NCBI GenBank assembly: GCA_964016885.1 | Contig: OZ024741.1 | Coordinates: 371,008,001 to 371,072,000 of the forward strand | Direction of reading: 5' to 3' | Source: Eledone cirrhosa | Taxonomy: Eukaryota | Length of the DNA: 64,000 nucleotides | In this document: one piece after another, positions 29,041 to 42,846 of the stretch | How positions within the stretch are numbered: the stretch's first letter is position 1 | How the letters are laid out: every line of letters starts with the position of its first letter | The notes under the pieces: generated by a model | Database searches by the model: none | Told to the model about the DNA's origin: nothing | What the model saw: the letters and a program-made list of their open reading frames with translations, nothing else | Position numbers and translations under genes: made by a program

Positions 29041-29049
29041 GGCTGGTCT

Positions 29050-29315
29050 GGGACAGAACAAAGGAGAGACACAAAATAAAAATAAAAACCTAGTCACTGA
29101 GGAGGTCCCAGAATGTGTGACGAAGGAGCTTTGACAATATATAAACAACCATCCGGTTAGCGAACCAACCAATCGGAAATTTATAATAAATTGGAGAGAA
29201 AACCCACACGTGCGTGTGTTTTTATTGGCAGCATGACCTTCCCAAAGTATAACAATATCTGTTTCAACATGTTTTCAGATTAAGATATCTTGCAAAACAA
29301 ATTAAAAAAACGAAG

Positions 29316-29318
<3 letters not shown>
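29050..29318 (+). mobile_element. PLE pLTR-like repeat with degenerate hammerhead (about 29093-29135)
   Basis: gtca-CTGAGGA-ggtc..gac-GAAG; same family as 41770-41998, 43354-43980 and 51860-52000. Confidence 0.75.
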
Positions 29319-29347
<29 letters not shown>

Positions 29348-29434
29348 TTATATGCGACCTCACACAGGGTGTTACCAAGCCTGTTATGTTATCCTGATCT
29401 CTTAGGTAACATTCACTGGCATGTTAAACGTAAA

Positions 29435-30040
29435 TGATTTCTAGTTTAGGCACAAGGCCAACAAATTGTGGGCCACGGTACCCGGGGAAAGGAGGCGATT
29501 ACAACGACTCTAGTGATTGGCTGGTACATTGTTTTATCGACACCAAAAGAATGAAAATCTAAGTTCGTCATGGTGGGATTTAACCCTTTAACATTTATAT
29601 TACTCTATATTTACTATTGTATTTTCACCGTAAACACTTTATCTCACATAATTATCTCATATAATATCGAATCTATGAGATTTTGATATTATTTATATTG
29701 AGAAAAATACCTTAACATAAGTATGAACAGACGGTTACGGCCGGTTTGAACAGAAAGAGGTGAGAGAATTCTGGCCAGAAATGACCGGGTTAAATCAATG
29801 TAAAGAGGCAGAATAAAATCCCGCAATGGCATTTTATCTGAAGCTCTACCAATTCTGCTAAACGTAAATGAATATATATATTTAGACATGCATGGAAGTG
29901 GCGAATTGACAGAGTCGTTAGAGTGTCCAATTAAATATGACTCGGTATTTGTTCCGGCTCACTGAACCCCGAGTTCAAATGCTCCCGAGGTCAACTTTGT
30001 CTTTCGTACTTTCAAGGTCGATAGATAAAGTATCAGTTCA
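29435..30040. mobile_element. Two diverged SINE copies (29435-29590 -, 29895-30040 +)
   Basis: Core and B-box motifs. Confidence 0.65.
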
Positions 30041-30059
30041 GTTCTTCTCTAAATACTCT

Positions 30060-30113
<54 letters not shown>

Positions 30114-30134
30114 ATATATATTATATGTGTGTGA

Positions 30135-30218
<84 letters not shown>

Positions 30219-30395
30219 GTGTGTGTTTTCATAGGCTTACCCTGAAGGACTGATGCTAGAGCTGCGAAATTGTGCATGCATTAAAATTTCAACTTTTCTT
30301 ATGTTTCTTTCCAGGGACTATATTGAAAAATATACCTCATTTGGTCATTCCATAAGAGTATCTTGGTCAGCCTATGAACTTTTCAGTCGATTCTC

Positions 30396-30438
<43 letters not shown>

Positions 30439-30439
<1 letters not shown>

Positions 30440-33400
30440 TAGCAGAAGTGCCCGGCGTTGCTCAGAGTTTAATTGCTTTAAAGTACTTTTAATGATTCCA
30501 CTCAATTATGATTATTGAGGCATTGAAAGTAAATACGGGTAAGTTTGAAAATATACAACAATAGCATCTGCTCACCATATGTCAGACCGACAAGACTGTA
30601 GTGGTGCTGAATAGAGGAGTCACAACACCTCTCTGTAGACCACATTTTTTGTTCTGCCTTTGGGCGCAAGTATGAATAAGTTCTGCTTGCATCCCACTCT
30701 TGAGCGGGCGACGTATAATTGGCCGTGTGAGAAGCACGGCTGGGCTAAATGGAGGCCTGCTGTTGATAGCGTTTGGCCTTGGGACTTGTTGATTGACATC
30801 GCGAAGCAAAGTTTAACGGGTAATTGAAGTTGGCGCAGAGTACAGGGGCATTCCTTACCTGATGGAGTTAATGGTATTCTGGGTATGAAGACGTTTTCTC
30901 CAGCGCCGCAGCCTGTGAGAATTGTGGCTTCAATTACATGCGGCAGGAGGTTCTTACCACTAACCGTGTTCCGTTGCAGAGACGGTGGTTCCAGGTTCCT
31001 CAACAGCATCACTGGAGTCCCAACTTTGACTCGCAGTTCATGAGGTGGCAGTCCAGAGAGGTCCAAGGAATTGAGGAATTGTGTGGGAAAATCGTCAACC
31101 TCATCTTTGTCCACAGATTTGTAGGTACGGAGGTGTCCAGGAATGCGTTGCAGAAGGTCCACATTGATTTTTGCAACGGAGACATTTTTGGGAGCCAACA
31201 TGACTCTATCGCACAGCCAACTCGTGTTTTTGTAGTTGATGGCCTTATCTGGAAAGACAGAGGCTGTGAGGTTGTCAACAGTGTCGACAACGGTGCCTAC
31301 TTGCGAGACTGCCATTTCTCCAGCTGTATCTGAAGGTGCAGTGCCGTCACCAACTGTTAAGAGGTCCTTTGAGAAGTCGGCTGATGAGTGGTCGCCGAAC
31401 AGTTGGGCTCTCATGTTTGTTGTGAGGGTCAGAATTGTCACTTCCTGCCACAGGGGAGATGATCTAATGCAAGCCTCCACAGAGTCTGCCCTGGTGGCTT
31501 TTAGAACAACTGGAAGAGTTTGTCGAAAATCACCAGACAGCAATGGGCCGGTTGCATTCTCTGATGTCTCATAGGTTCCTGTCTAACGCCTCAAGGGAAC
31601 TTTATGAGCCTTTGTACATTCGTCCCACACAATTAGGTGGCATCTTTTCAAGACTTCCGCTTTGTCAGAGTCCTTGGTGATGTTGCAGGTTATTGTGTCG
31701 TCTGAATGGTAATTTAAATGCGGAATGAGCTGTCCTACCTCCGGGCAGCAGAGTTGTGGCAATCCCAGAAGAAGCCACAGCCAGGGCGATTCCTTTTTGC
31801 TGTCGCACTTTGGCGGCCCGCCGTTGATCCTGCAACAATTTCGGCTCGTTTTCGTTGATGAACAGTTCGAGAGCGTCGACGTCGTAGGCAGTTTCCTGAA
31901 TTATGCCCGTCAGAAGTTTGTCTGAGCCCGTTTGCTGAACTTTTGGCAGTCCATAGAATGGAAGGTCATTTCCGCCGGCAGTTAGGATTTTGTCCTCGAT
32001 GTCAATGAGAGCTTTGTTGAAGAATTCGTCGCTGAGTCGTACGTCGGAATGAGGAAGTAGCAGTTGTCCTTAGTGTATGTAGTCATCGGAAAGGTCCTCT
32101 CTGTATTTGTACCATAAGGATACAGGGTCGCTTAACTCGCATGTCTGCAGTAGCACCGCAAAGAGTTGCCGAAGAGTTCGCGCTGAGCGTATTGTAGCTG
32201 CCTCCGCCAATGTCGCATCCCACTGAGCGCCATCTTCCAGTAGACCCCGTGTAAGGCAGGCTGCGCGGAATGAAGTACAAAGCTCTCCGTTGATTGTTTT
32301 CAGATCGTCGAAAGATGTCGGTCCTGCCACCTCATGCAGTAGAAGGCGGAGATAAAAGCATTCGTGTTGGTTAGGATGAATGGTGTACACTCTCCGAGGG
32401 TAGGGGACATTTAAATGTCTGGATGTCCCTCGACGGGTTGTCCTTTCACCCTTCTTAACCAAATTCTGTTGTCTGTGTTCCATGTGTAGTATGATGGCAC
32501 CTAAGAGTAGAAGAGGGTCTTGGCGAAGGGGTCGTTTCGGCATAACTTATAAAATGCTGTAAGTGTGGTGTCCTTGGGTTCCTCTGCTATCTCAGCACCG
32601 GCGGAGGCGGTGAAGTAGACTCTTTGACCGTTTTCAAGTTGCACCGCCAACTGTTTAAATAATAGGTCAAACCTGTAAGCCAAGCCCGTCTGAGTTATAG
32701 CACAAAGGAGCGTAAACAGGGGCGGTATTTTGGAGCACACTGGAAAATAAATCATCGAAATCGGAGGTTCCTGAAAAAAGTTTTCTCATTATTTTTTTGT
32801 CTCATATTGCGAAAAACAAAGAAAAAAATTTCCAAAAAGGACAACAATAAAATGTCTTTGTTGAGATTCAAGTAAATAAATGCTTAAGCGTCGTTATGAT
32901 TACGTTTGTTGTTTTATAAAGTCATCTGTTGCTTTTGAATATTTGTTATTTGATGTAAAATATAACGGTGAGAGAGGAATATGTATTTAGTGTTATCGGC
33001 TTTTTAAGTTTTGTTATTTGATGCATGAGCGTCGCTATGACTATGTTTGTTGTTGTATAAAATGATGTGTTGCTTAGTTATCAAAGATATTTCGCGTTCC
33101 TGAACGAAGAGGGGAAGGATCTATTATAGAGAGAGGGAAGAGCGACGGAGAGAGTAAAGCTAAGAAACCATAAGGAGGTGTGTTAAACCTCGAAGCATGA
33201 AGTGAGTAAAGCAGTTAAATTATAGAGAGGGGGAATAATCTATTTTAGAGAGAGGGAGAGCGACGGAGAGAGTAAAGCTATGTTTGTTGTTGTATAAATT
33301 GATGTGTCGCGTTCCTTGAAAAGAAGTTTTGTCGCTGTTGTAAACTGTAATGGTGATAGGGTAGTAGACGGAGACAGTAACCTTTTAAAGAGGAGATTGA

Positions 33401-33766
33401 TGGGGGGAGTAGAGGGAGGGATGAACCTTTTAAAGAGAGTTGCAGAGGAGATTGAGAGTGGGGTTGAGGGAGGAATTAACCTTTTAAAGAGAGTTGCAAC
33501 ATGTATGTAGTTTCATAGATTGTTGATGGTAGTAGACAGAGTGAATAAGCGTGTAAGAGAGAGGGTTACAGCATGTATTTAGTTTTATCAATTATTTTTC
33601 ATTGAAGCAGGAAATATTTGGCAAATTTTATTACGCGTTGACCATCCTTGGTAAATTTGGAGCACATTGGAAAAAAGATCATCAAAATCGGTAGAGAAAT
33701 GTGGAAATGCATAAAAATCATACACACACACACACACAGACAGACATCTTCCGTTTTATATATAGA
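30439..33766 (-). mobile_element. Defective Helitron
   Basis: Minus-strand 5' end TCTATATATAAAAC with (GTCT)n at 33766; 3' hairpin (CTGAGCAACGCCGGG) and CTAG|T at 30439; RepHel remnants inside. Confidence 0.9.
30620..32650 (-). pseudogene. Helitron RepHel remnant (Pif1-family SF1 helicase and adjacent Rep-side region)
   Basis: LSGDFRQTLPV, LKVGTPVMLLRNL-like, FAMSINKSQGQTL, FSHGQLYVA.SRV; LAVQLENGQRVYF, ECFYLRLLLHEV.GPTSFDDLKTING; several frameshifts and stops. Confidence 0.95.
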
Positions 33767-33802
33767 CTAGCAGAAAACCACACGTAGACGGCTTTCTGCT
33801 AG

Positions 33803-34095
33803 TCTATATATCTAAAACAGAGAATGTCTGTCTGTCAGCTCACTAAAACTTGAGAACCATCCTACCGATTGTTTTCAAACTTTAGACATGTAATACTTAT
33901 GGTCCTGTGAGTGTTTTGAGCAAAAAATATTTCAAATTTTCAATGCCCTAGGGACCGCATTAGGCGATTTAGCGTTCTCTCTATATAATTCTTAGTCTTT
34001 CTTTTTAGATAGATACATAGATATAACGTTGCGCCCTTATAATATCTGTCTGTATGTCTGGCTGTCTGCATTACGTCATTATGACGCGCTCAGTG
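33803..34095 (+). mobile_element. Non-autonomous Helitron 5' portion
   Basis: TCTATATATCTAAAAC..GTCTGTCTGTC start; homologous to 19158-19380. Confidence 0.6.
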
Positions 34096-34359
34096 TGTGT
34101 GTGTATATATATATGTATCGTAATGCAGACAGCAAGACATAGCTTTCCTTCCCCTCTTCCAGCGTCCCTCTCTCTCTCCCTCCCGCTATCCCCCTCTTGT
34201 AGTCTGTCTCTTTCTTTCACTCTCACTCTCTCTCTCTACGCGTCGGACAGACAGACAGAAAAATTGCTGGTTATATATTATAAGGAGATAACAAAGAAGG
34301 TGTGGTAAGATACACCAGAGTACTCGATACTTAGGGTAGTAGAATGGGTAATAGGAAAA

Positions 34360-34481
34360 GAGTCAGGAGCCCGACGGCCGAACTCCGACCGTTTCGAAAG
34401 TTAGATTCGACAGCTAGATTCGAGGGTTCGAATCTAGCAGTCGAAACGGCCGAAGCTCAGCCGTCGGGGACCTCACTCTTT
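34360..34481. repeat. Imperfect inverted repeat of a PLE-like tail family
   Basis: cccgacggc..gtttcga / tcgaaacggcc..gccgtcggg; same family at 7560-7612 and 56080-56128. Confidence 0.65.
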
Positions 34482-34512
34482 TCATATATATATATATACA
34501 TATATATATATA

Positions 34513-35145
34513 CTAGCCGAATTACCCGCGCCTTGCTGCGTTTCACACATTCTTTTTTGTAAGAAAATGATGATTGATTTTTAATCAGTGATATAATTTA
34601 TGGAGAAAAACTCTGCATTTCAATATTATTCAATGTAAAATGTAATGCATGAAAAATAGGAAAACATTATTTTTTGTAATATATCAAATCAAAATTACAT
34701 TATTAAATCTTATTCTTATTTTGTTTATTGTAAATAATTTTTTTCAAAATATCAATTCAAACCTTTTATGAATAGGCATTATATCTTGTCATTTACCTAT
34801 GGTTTAACATTTTCAACAGGGATTTGTGCCTCCGAGGAACACTAGTAGGGGGTTTAAACCCCATTAGGGTTCTTAATATTATTGAAATTTGCTGAAATTT
34901 TGTGAATAGGCATCATATGTTGTCATTTACCTATAGTTTAAATTTCCTATAAATCAAAGGGAAAGAATTTTCAGCGGTGGTTTTGTTCCCCCGAGGAACC
35001 CTTTGATTAAAATGAAATACACTTATCCAAGTACCCTGGGAAATGTAGTTTCAGAATATATATGGTTATGGGGGTCTATCTCCAAAACCATAGGAGTAGT
35101 TCATGAACAAACAAACAAACAAACAAACAGACAGGAATACAACTT

Positions 35146-35150
<5 letters not shown>
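34513..35150 (-). mobile_element. Non-autonomous Helitron-like element in (TA)n
   Basis: Minus-strand 3' hairpin CGCAGCAAGGCGCGGG then CTAG; (TTTG)n near the 5' end. Confidence 0.6.
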
Positions 35151-35216
<66 letters not shown>

Positions 35217-35272
35217 GTGAGGTTTTTTTTACAAATTGAAAAATAACCGAGGTGTCCTACACGAGTGAAAGT

Positions 35273-35606
<334 letters not shown>

Positions 35607-35895
35607 GTTAGAGGCAAAATCGATTATGTTCAGACCTGTGCAGGAGTGAGCATGGCCAATTTTAAAATGCCAATACACGGTGGGGGTCAAGAAAGAAAAA
35701 AGAAAAACCAGAGAAAACGAAAGCACCTTTGGGATTATTTCTAAATCATGGCGTTTGTAAAGGGGGAATAAACGAGGAGGTTATTGTGACCGTGTTGGTA
35801 AGTCCATACATCTACAGCTATGTGTATGTTGGCGCAGAGACACGAAACAAACAAATATAGTGTGTATCAAGAGAGGAGGAGTGGTAAGAAAGCTA

Positions 35896-35960
<65 letters not shown>

Positions 35961-36188
35961 TATGTATACGTACATACATATATGTATACAGACGTACAGT
36001 AGTATGTATATATATATATATACATACATGCACGAAATACACTGGGATAATAGCTGGCCTTGTGCCAAAAATATTTATTATAATAAAACATTTATTATAA
36101 TGCTCGGTGTGTTTGTAAACAAACATCCCGTATTAAGCCGTAGTGTCTAGCAACGATCGTTGCTCTTTTGTTCAACACTGACAAAGGA

Positions 36189-36231
36189 ACGATGTACTAG
36201 TTTCAAGCTTATTAGCTATCGTCAGCACCGT
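36189..36231 (-). ncRNA. Intact minimal hammerhead motif (inverted copy)
   Basis: Reverse complement of 36571-36613. Confidence 0.85.
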
Positions 36232-36570
36232 ATACCTTCCTGCCAGATGATTATATACTTTCCTTATGCATATCAACGGCTGAGCAGCCTAATTTGCATA
36301 TCGAGTGAGTTAATCGGCCGGGCGCACCGAAAACGATAAACATACTACAGTACGTCTGAATACATATATGTATGTACTTATACATACTTATATTTAAGTA
36401 ACAGCCGTACTAAGAGTGAGAAAAGAAATTTCGTTTCATTTTTTCCGTTTATCGTTTTCGCTGCGCCCGGCCGATTAACTCACTCGATATGCAAATTAGG
36501 CTGCTCAGCCGTTAATATGCATAAGGAAAGTATATACTTTCACACGTTCAATTATCTGGCAGGAAGGTAT

Positions 36571-36613
36571 ACGGTGCTGACGATAGCTAATAAGCTTGAA
36601 ACTAGTACATCGT
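36571..36613 (+). ncRNA. Intact minimal type I hammerhead ribozyme motif
   Basis: Stem I acggtg/catcgt (one G-U), CTGACGA, stem II agct-aata-agct, GAAA, palindromic CTAG, TA. Confidence 0.87.
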
Positions 36614-36880
36614 TCCTTTGTCAGTGTTGAACAAAAGAGCAACGATGGTTGCTAACCACTGTAAAGCTTAATTCGGGATGTTTGTTTGTTTACAAACAAA
36701 CCGAGCATTATAATAAATGTTCGGTAAATCCATACGTACATATATATATGTGTGCATGTATGTATATATATATACATACTATTGTACGTCTGTATACATA
36801 TATGTATGTACGTATACATACTTATATTTAAGTAACAGCCGTACTAAGAGTGAGAAATGAAATTTCGTTTCATTTTTTCC

Positions 36881-36919
<39 letters not shown>

Positions 36920-36923
<4 letters not shown>

Positions 36924-37325
36924 ATAGGGCGGGGGAACTCAGCAGAGTCAACGGCCATCCAAATAGTAGGTTTTTTTATTTGTTTTGTTTTGTTTTGGGG
37001 GGTTGGGGGGGGGTCACCTGGAGTGAAAGGCCCCCAGTCGTTGTCACAACACCTTTCTAGGAGAGGGAAACTCTGAAAAAAAACCTCTGGCTTCTGAAGC
37101 ATCCGATGATGTTGACCAGTTCTCATTTTCTGGTAGTGTTTTCGATGCTCAGAGAGTGGGATTGGCGAGTGCAATGCCTTTCCCCACTTAAAAAACCTTC
37201 AAATCACAGGCATTGGTGTTCAGGATCTGTTGCAGGTTCTGTGACTGGCCATAGCTTAAAAGTGCACCAAACTCTATAATCTGACAAGCGATTGCAATAC
37301 TCTTAGCAGAGTTTGCAGCCACCAT
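36920..37325 (+). mobile_element. Interspersed repeat resembling an RTE 5' UTR
   Basis: Shares ctcagagagtgggattgg with 57088-57106; inverted copy at 54117-54362. Confidence 0.5.
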
Positions 37326-38104
37326 ATATATATATAGAGAGAGAGAGAAAAGATGAAGTTGGAAATAGCACGGGAGATATATTTAAGGGTCTATTTTTCT
37401 TTTTTGATTCGTCAAAGTGACATTATTGAAAATATAGTGTTATTAAAAAGACCCAATATGTGGAAGACCCAATATAAACTCTATTCCTATCCCCATTTTC
37501 GCCTCACTATCTGAATAATTTCCTAATCGATTTTCTTTATTTATTTCTAAATATATTTAGATACATTTTCAGTTACCTTGGTGCGGAATCTCGAGTTATT
37601 TTATTGTATTTAGTATATGTACATTTTCATTTACTTCTTGTATAATCACGAGTTATCCACTGCTTGTTTTCTATTTTTTATCTCGTATATTTTTATATTT
37701 TGTACCATGTTGTTTCATCTATATATAAATTTGAGCGACTTCCGTCCGTCCATCACACAATATGTGTGTGTGTATGTGTGAATGTATATGTGTGTAAAAA
37801 GAAGGAAGGGGATGGTGAAAAAACTATACCAAAACAGCAGCTGGCGTTCCATTTGCTACACTGTGTGTGAGTGTATGTGTATGTGTGTGTTTGTGTAAAA
37901 ATATATGTGTGTATTTGTGTGAATGTATGTCTGTGAGTGTATATTTTTGTGTGTCTGTGTTTGCGTGTTTATATTTATATACTCATACATATAAATGTAT
38001 GCACATACACACACACACATATATATATACATACGCGTCAGCGTGTTGAAAAAAATCCTAGTTTATTATATTGTACATTTCTGACTATACCTTAATTTAA
38101 CTGT

Positions 38105-38419
38105 CCGTATTTCCCGGCGCCGAAGACGCTTCGTCCTCGACGACGCAAACTAATTTTGACAACCAAAAATTTGAAAAAAATAATTATTTCTATTTTTGGC
38201 ACAAGGCCAGCTATTATCCCAGTGTATTACTGGTACTTTATTTTATCGGCCCCGTAAGGATGAAAGGCAAAGTTAACCTCGGTGGGATTCGAACTCTGAC
38301 CATAAAGGACCGTAACTCTTTGAAAAAAATAATAAACAACCTTCGGCCTCCAGGACGCATGGTAGATTTTTTAGACTTATTTTAGAGGAAAGTAGCGTCT
38401 TCGTCGCCGGGAAATGCGG
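38105..38419. mobile_element. Mariner-type MITE interrupted by a SINE (about 38185-38320, minus strand)
   Basis: TIR CCGTATTTCCCGGCG..GAAGACGC / GCGTCTTCG..CGCCGGGAAATGCGG|TA. Confidence 0.8.
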
Positions 38420-38879
38420 TACTTTAATTTATCTTTATGTTTCTTATTCTTATATTTACTTTGGGCCAGCCTATACTATTAACAGTCACCCTATTTATTT
38501 GTTTATATCACTCACTAATAGTTTCGTATCGATTAGACACGTTGACATGAAGATCTCGATCGGTTTCACTGCTGTCTGCGGCAAATTGTGGGGAACATTC
38601 TCACAATCCACGCCTCACCCTGGACATTCCCTTTATATTGAAAGATTTCACTCTAATGTTCACTCATCGAGTGCATGAATCCCCTCTCAGCTGAGGCTCT
38701 GGTCATATAAGTTAATTCCATTGGGATATAGTTAAGCATAGACCAAGGGATGGAGAAGGGCTCCCACACCTTAGAGCCCAGTTAAACTTTATAATAGCTA
38801 CTTTATATTCTTGTTAAGCTATAACGTTATCTATTTTAAGTATATCCATTTAATTTAATTTGATCCTCAATTTAATGTA

Positions 38880-39030
38880 CCGTATTTCCCGGCGGCGAAG
38901 ACGCACCCAAATTTTGACAACCAAAAATTTCAAAAAAAATAATAAACAACCTTCGGTCTCCAGGACGTATCATAGATTTTTGAGACTTATTTTAGGAAAA
39001 AAGTAGCGTCTTCGACGCCTGGAAATATGA
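38880..39030. mobile_element. Mariner-type MITE
   Basis: TA|CCGTATTTCCCGGCG..; same family as 5337-5477. Confidence 0.8.
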
Positions 39031-39387
39031 TATTTTATATTTATTTCATGTTATTAGTTAGAATATCCCAACCTCTCTTTCACAATTATCCCCTCCTTCC
39101 CCAAATAACTGTAATGGTTTTGTAGTGTTGCCGATGAGTAAACTAGTGAGATGAGAGGTGATATATCTGTCACTACTACAATAGCAACTACTGTCTGGTA
39201 GAGAGTAGGAGGGAAGCGGGCTACTTACAGAATTAGTTCCTATAACTATGACTTGCTATTTTTGACATCCAAAATGTCAGCGAAATATCTATAATGGAAA
39301 TGAAAATAAACCTGATTACAACTGCATATGGCCTTCAATGTATTTAATACTGTATATGTATATTTATATATGTGTGTACGTGTGTGT

Positions 39388-39473
<86 letters not shown>

Positions 39474-39629
39474 TGTAGATACGGTTTTGTTTATGTATAT
39501 CAGGAATGAATGTTTAAACAATAAAAACTAGTTACCAGAGGGTTTGACTCGACAGTATCCTTTGAATCATGTACCATTAATATCCAAGCAGGGGAATATG
39601 GTATATAGGTCCAGAAGAGATCACGGAGT

Positions 39630-40340
39630 ATATTAATATATGGGAGCATTGTACGAAGACAAATATAAACATCGGCGAGAAAGGAGATTAGGAATTTATT
39701 TGCTTTAACATATGTTTCTGTGTCAATTATAATTGTCTACATATACTGACTACAATGTATATTGTTCAATCATATACAATACTCAATTATTTATCACACT
39801 TCATCTGAAAACCTATAATTGTGGAAGTGGCTATTCACTACACTGTAGAATTCAGGCATGGGATTTTCGTTTAAGAAAATATAAATAAATCAAAATGACA
39901 ATAAAAATAGCATAAAATATAGTGTGATAGTAGAGAGAGGAGTTAAGAGGAGAGAGAGTGGGGGTAAGAGTTTCTCATTATCAATCTGTGTGGAACAATT
40001 ATTTTTTAACCATTGGTATGGGTGAAGGTTTTGATGTTTGCCATATATGGTCGAGAGGGTAGAGAAGGTATAAAGAGAAGGATTGAAAAGGAGAAGGTAG
40101 AAATTAAGAGTAGGGTAGTGTGGGTAGGGAGGAAAAAGAATTAAGAAATTGCGATTGTTTTGAATTCTTTGGGTGGGTGTGAAAAGTTCAAATGCCACAT
40201 CCAGTTTCTCAATTTCTTAATTCCTTTTCCTCTTTTTCAGCATAAATAGACAATTATAATAGACACAGGAATAAATTCCTAAACTCCTTTCTCACTGATG
40301 TTTATATTTCTCTTGGTGCAATACATTCTTATATATATTG
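39630..40340 (-). mobile_element. Degenerate PLE 3' fragment with partial inverted pLTR
   Basis: Minus-strand WMWHLN..HP peptide; hammerhead-like CAGATGA..GAAACATATGTT; 40270-40330 is inverted relative to 39635-39700. Confidence 0.45.
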
Positions 40341-40379
40341 CTAAACAAATTCAGAAACGAAATATATATATATATATAT

Positions 40380-41116
40380 AGCTTTCCCCTGTGTTGTTTA
40401 CTTGTCTCACTCGCTTTACGCGTTTCAATTGTCCTAATAACTTATTTTAGTTATTATCGCTCCAACGTGAGGTATATGATTTTTAATGCAATGAAATACC
40501 AATGATCGTTGGTAAATCACTGATGAGGGACTCATTTTATGACATGTTATCCATGTGCAACCATGCAGTATTCTTATCCCCATATTTTTCACATATATTT
40601 ACCTAAACTGCGATTCTGTGTTTCTCTCTTTCTCTCTTACTGCTCCCTCGTTCTCTCTGTTTCTCTTACTTTCTTTCGTCCCCTCTGTCATGTCAGTTAA
40701 CACTTTCTCTCTACTGACCTCTTCCTTGCACTTCTACTCACTCACTCTCTGTTTCTCCTCTTCTCGCCCCCCCCCCCCCCCCCCCCGTTCGCTACGAAAA
40801 CGATTTTTCTTCTTTCTTACATTGGATTCACTAGCGGAAGGTCTATTTCTTACTCGCTCATATATTCACCCAGCTTATACTGACAGAATAACCATGTAGC
40901 TTGTGTTTCTTTATATTTTCGGTTAGCTTTCCCCTGTGTTGTTTACTTGTCTCACTCGCTTTACGCGTTTCAATTGTCCTAATAACTTATTTTAGTTATT
41001 ATTGCACCAACGTGAGGTATATGAAATACCAATGATCGTTGGCAAATCACTGATGAGGGACTCATTTTATAACATGTTATCCATGTGCAACCATGCAGTA
41101 TTCTTCTCCCCATATT

Positions 41117-41125
<9 letters not shown>
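40380..41125 (-). mobile_element. Tandem non-coding repeat in (TA)n (family of 9402-9820)
   Basis: 40380-40597 is directly repeated at 40925-41125. Confidence 0.7.
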
Positions 41126-41157
<32 letters not shown>

Positions 41158-41164
<7 letters not shown>

Positions 41165-41593
41165 ATACTTGGGGAGGGCCATATTTGTGTAATAATATTG
41201 CCAGAATTAATAACAGAACACACTCACTGTTTGGTTGGTTTTCGCTTCTGTGTCTTTTATATCTAAATAAAGATGGCGTAGGCACACAATACAACGGGAG
41301 GAAACATAATAGCACCACTGACGATGTTTCAGATGTGCAACGAAAGAACTTTGTTAGACTATATATATGTGTTTGTGTCTATATTGTATCTGTATTTTTG
41401 ACCGTTGGTCAGTCAATGGTAACATTGAGGACCGAATAAATTAAATTAACCGATATAAAAGACACAGGAGCGAAAACCAACCAAACAGTGAGTGTGTTCT
41501 GTTATTAATTCTGGCAATATTACACAAATATGAACCTCCCCAAGTATAACAATATTTGTTTCGACACATGATTTCATATCAAAAACCTCGCAA

Positions 41594-41600
<7 letters not shown>
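41158..41600. mobile_element. PLE pLTR-like repeat with about 100-bp inverted arms and a hammerhead-like motif (about 41316-41353)
   Basis: Arms 41158-41264 / 41452-41554; ca-CTGACGA-tgtt..aac-GAAA-gaac-TT-tg. Confidence 0.7.
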
Positions 41601-41639
<39 letters not shown>

Positions 41640-41769
41640 ACTCGTTTGTTTGTCTGTTTGTCTCCAATGCACTTATAAACCTGTGCACCAATCATGTTCA
41701 AACTTAGCAGTGAGTTCCTTAGACTTGGGAATAGGCTTTCCTCGCGGAATTTAATATATGTAAAACAAA

Positions 41770-41998
41770 ATAACAAATTAATCACTGAAGAAGTCACAGA
41801 ATGTGTGACGAAAGAGCTTTGACAATAAATAAATAAACAACCATCCGGTTATTAAAAAAAACTAACTGGAAGTATATATTAAATTAAAGTGAAAACCAAC
41901 AGGTGCGTGTGTTTTTATTGGCAGCAGACTATAACAATATCTGTTTCAACACGTTTTCAGATAAGAAATCTTGCAAAACAAATACAAAAACGAAGTAT
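41770..41998 (+). mobile_element. PLE pLTR-like repeat with hammerhead motif (41782-41822)
   Basis: tca-CTGAAGA-agtcaca..tgtgac-GAAA-GAGC-TT-tga. Confidence 0.75.
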
Positions 41999-42239
41999 AT
42001 ATATAACGGAATTTCCACTACAGTTATAGGTAGGTGGTGGCTTGAAGGTTCTTGCAACCTCTGATTTTTCTGGAAGCATTTACTTGCTAGTTTTCAACTA
42101 GACTCGAAGGTCAGAACGTATCATCTTGATGGAGTCTGTGTCCTTCAGACTAAATTTGAAGACATTTTCGAGACTTCTCATTGGTTTTTATGTGTCTGAT
42201 GGAATTTTGTATTGTTTTTACTCATTAGTAGACGGCAAA

Positions 42240-42705
42240 TTTGCAGAGTTTTTAAAACGTCGTGTAGAATGCTTTGAGATATTTGTTCCGGCTTTCTGCT
42301 CTCTGTGTTCGAATTCTACCAAGGTCAACTTTGCTTTTCATCTCTCCGAGGTCAATAAAAAAAGTACCAGTCTAGTACTGGGAGTCGATTCTTGCTCTAT
42401 ATCTCTTTCACACTCTCTATTCTCTGGAAGAAATCTTCTGTATTCAGACCTGGAGAGTTACGGGACCATGATGAACTTACTAGGGCTGGTGGATTGGCCG
42501 AGTCGTTAGAGAGTCGACCAAATATTTAGCAGTAATTCATTCCAGCTCTTTACGCACTAAATCAAATTTCACCGAGTTCTGCTTTGCTTTTCATCCTTTC
42601 GAGGTCGATAAAATAAAGTACCAGTCAAGTACTGGGGTTGATATAATCGACTTACACTTCCTCCAAAAATTGCTGACCTTGTATCAAAATTAAAAAATGT
42701 TGTTA
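42240..42705 (+). mobile_element. Two SINE copies, the first with an alternative tail
   Basis: Core motif present twice; first copy continues ..tctctggaagaaatct..ttcagacct as at 48340 and 53660. Confidence 0.7.
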
Positions 42706-42846
42706 TTTCTAACTGTAGTTGCATTTCTGTTGATATTTTTGTTGTTTTTGTGACATTGCTGAAATTGTGATCGTGAAAAGAATGGGTGGCTCTGATTGGC
42801 TGAAATTATTTAAAAGGAATATATATATGTATTTATATATATATTT

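Larger units (their letters stand above)
36087..36721. mobile_element. PLE pLTR-like inverted duplication (about 255-bp arms)
   Basis: 36087-36341 is the reverse complement of 36447-36721; each arm carries a hammerhead motif. Confidence 0.88.

Noticed and set aside
39120-39192. Hammerhead-like fold (gttg-CCGATGA..gcaac)
   Set aside because: No GAAA box; too degenerate to support
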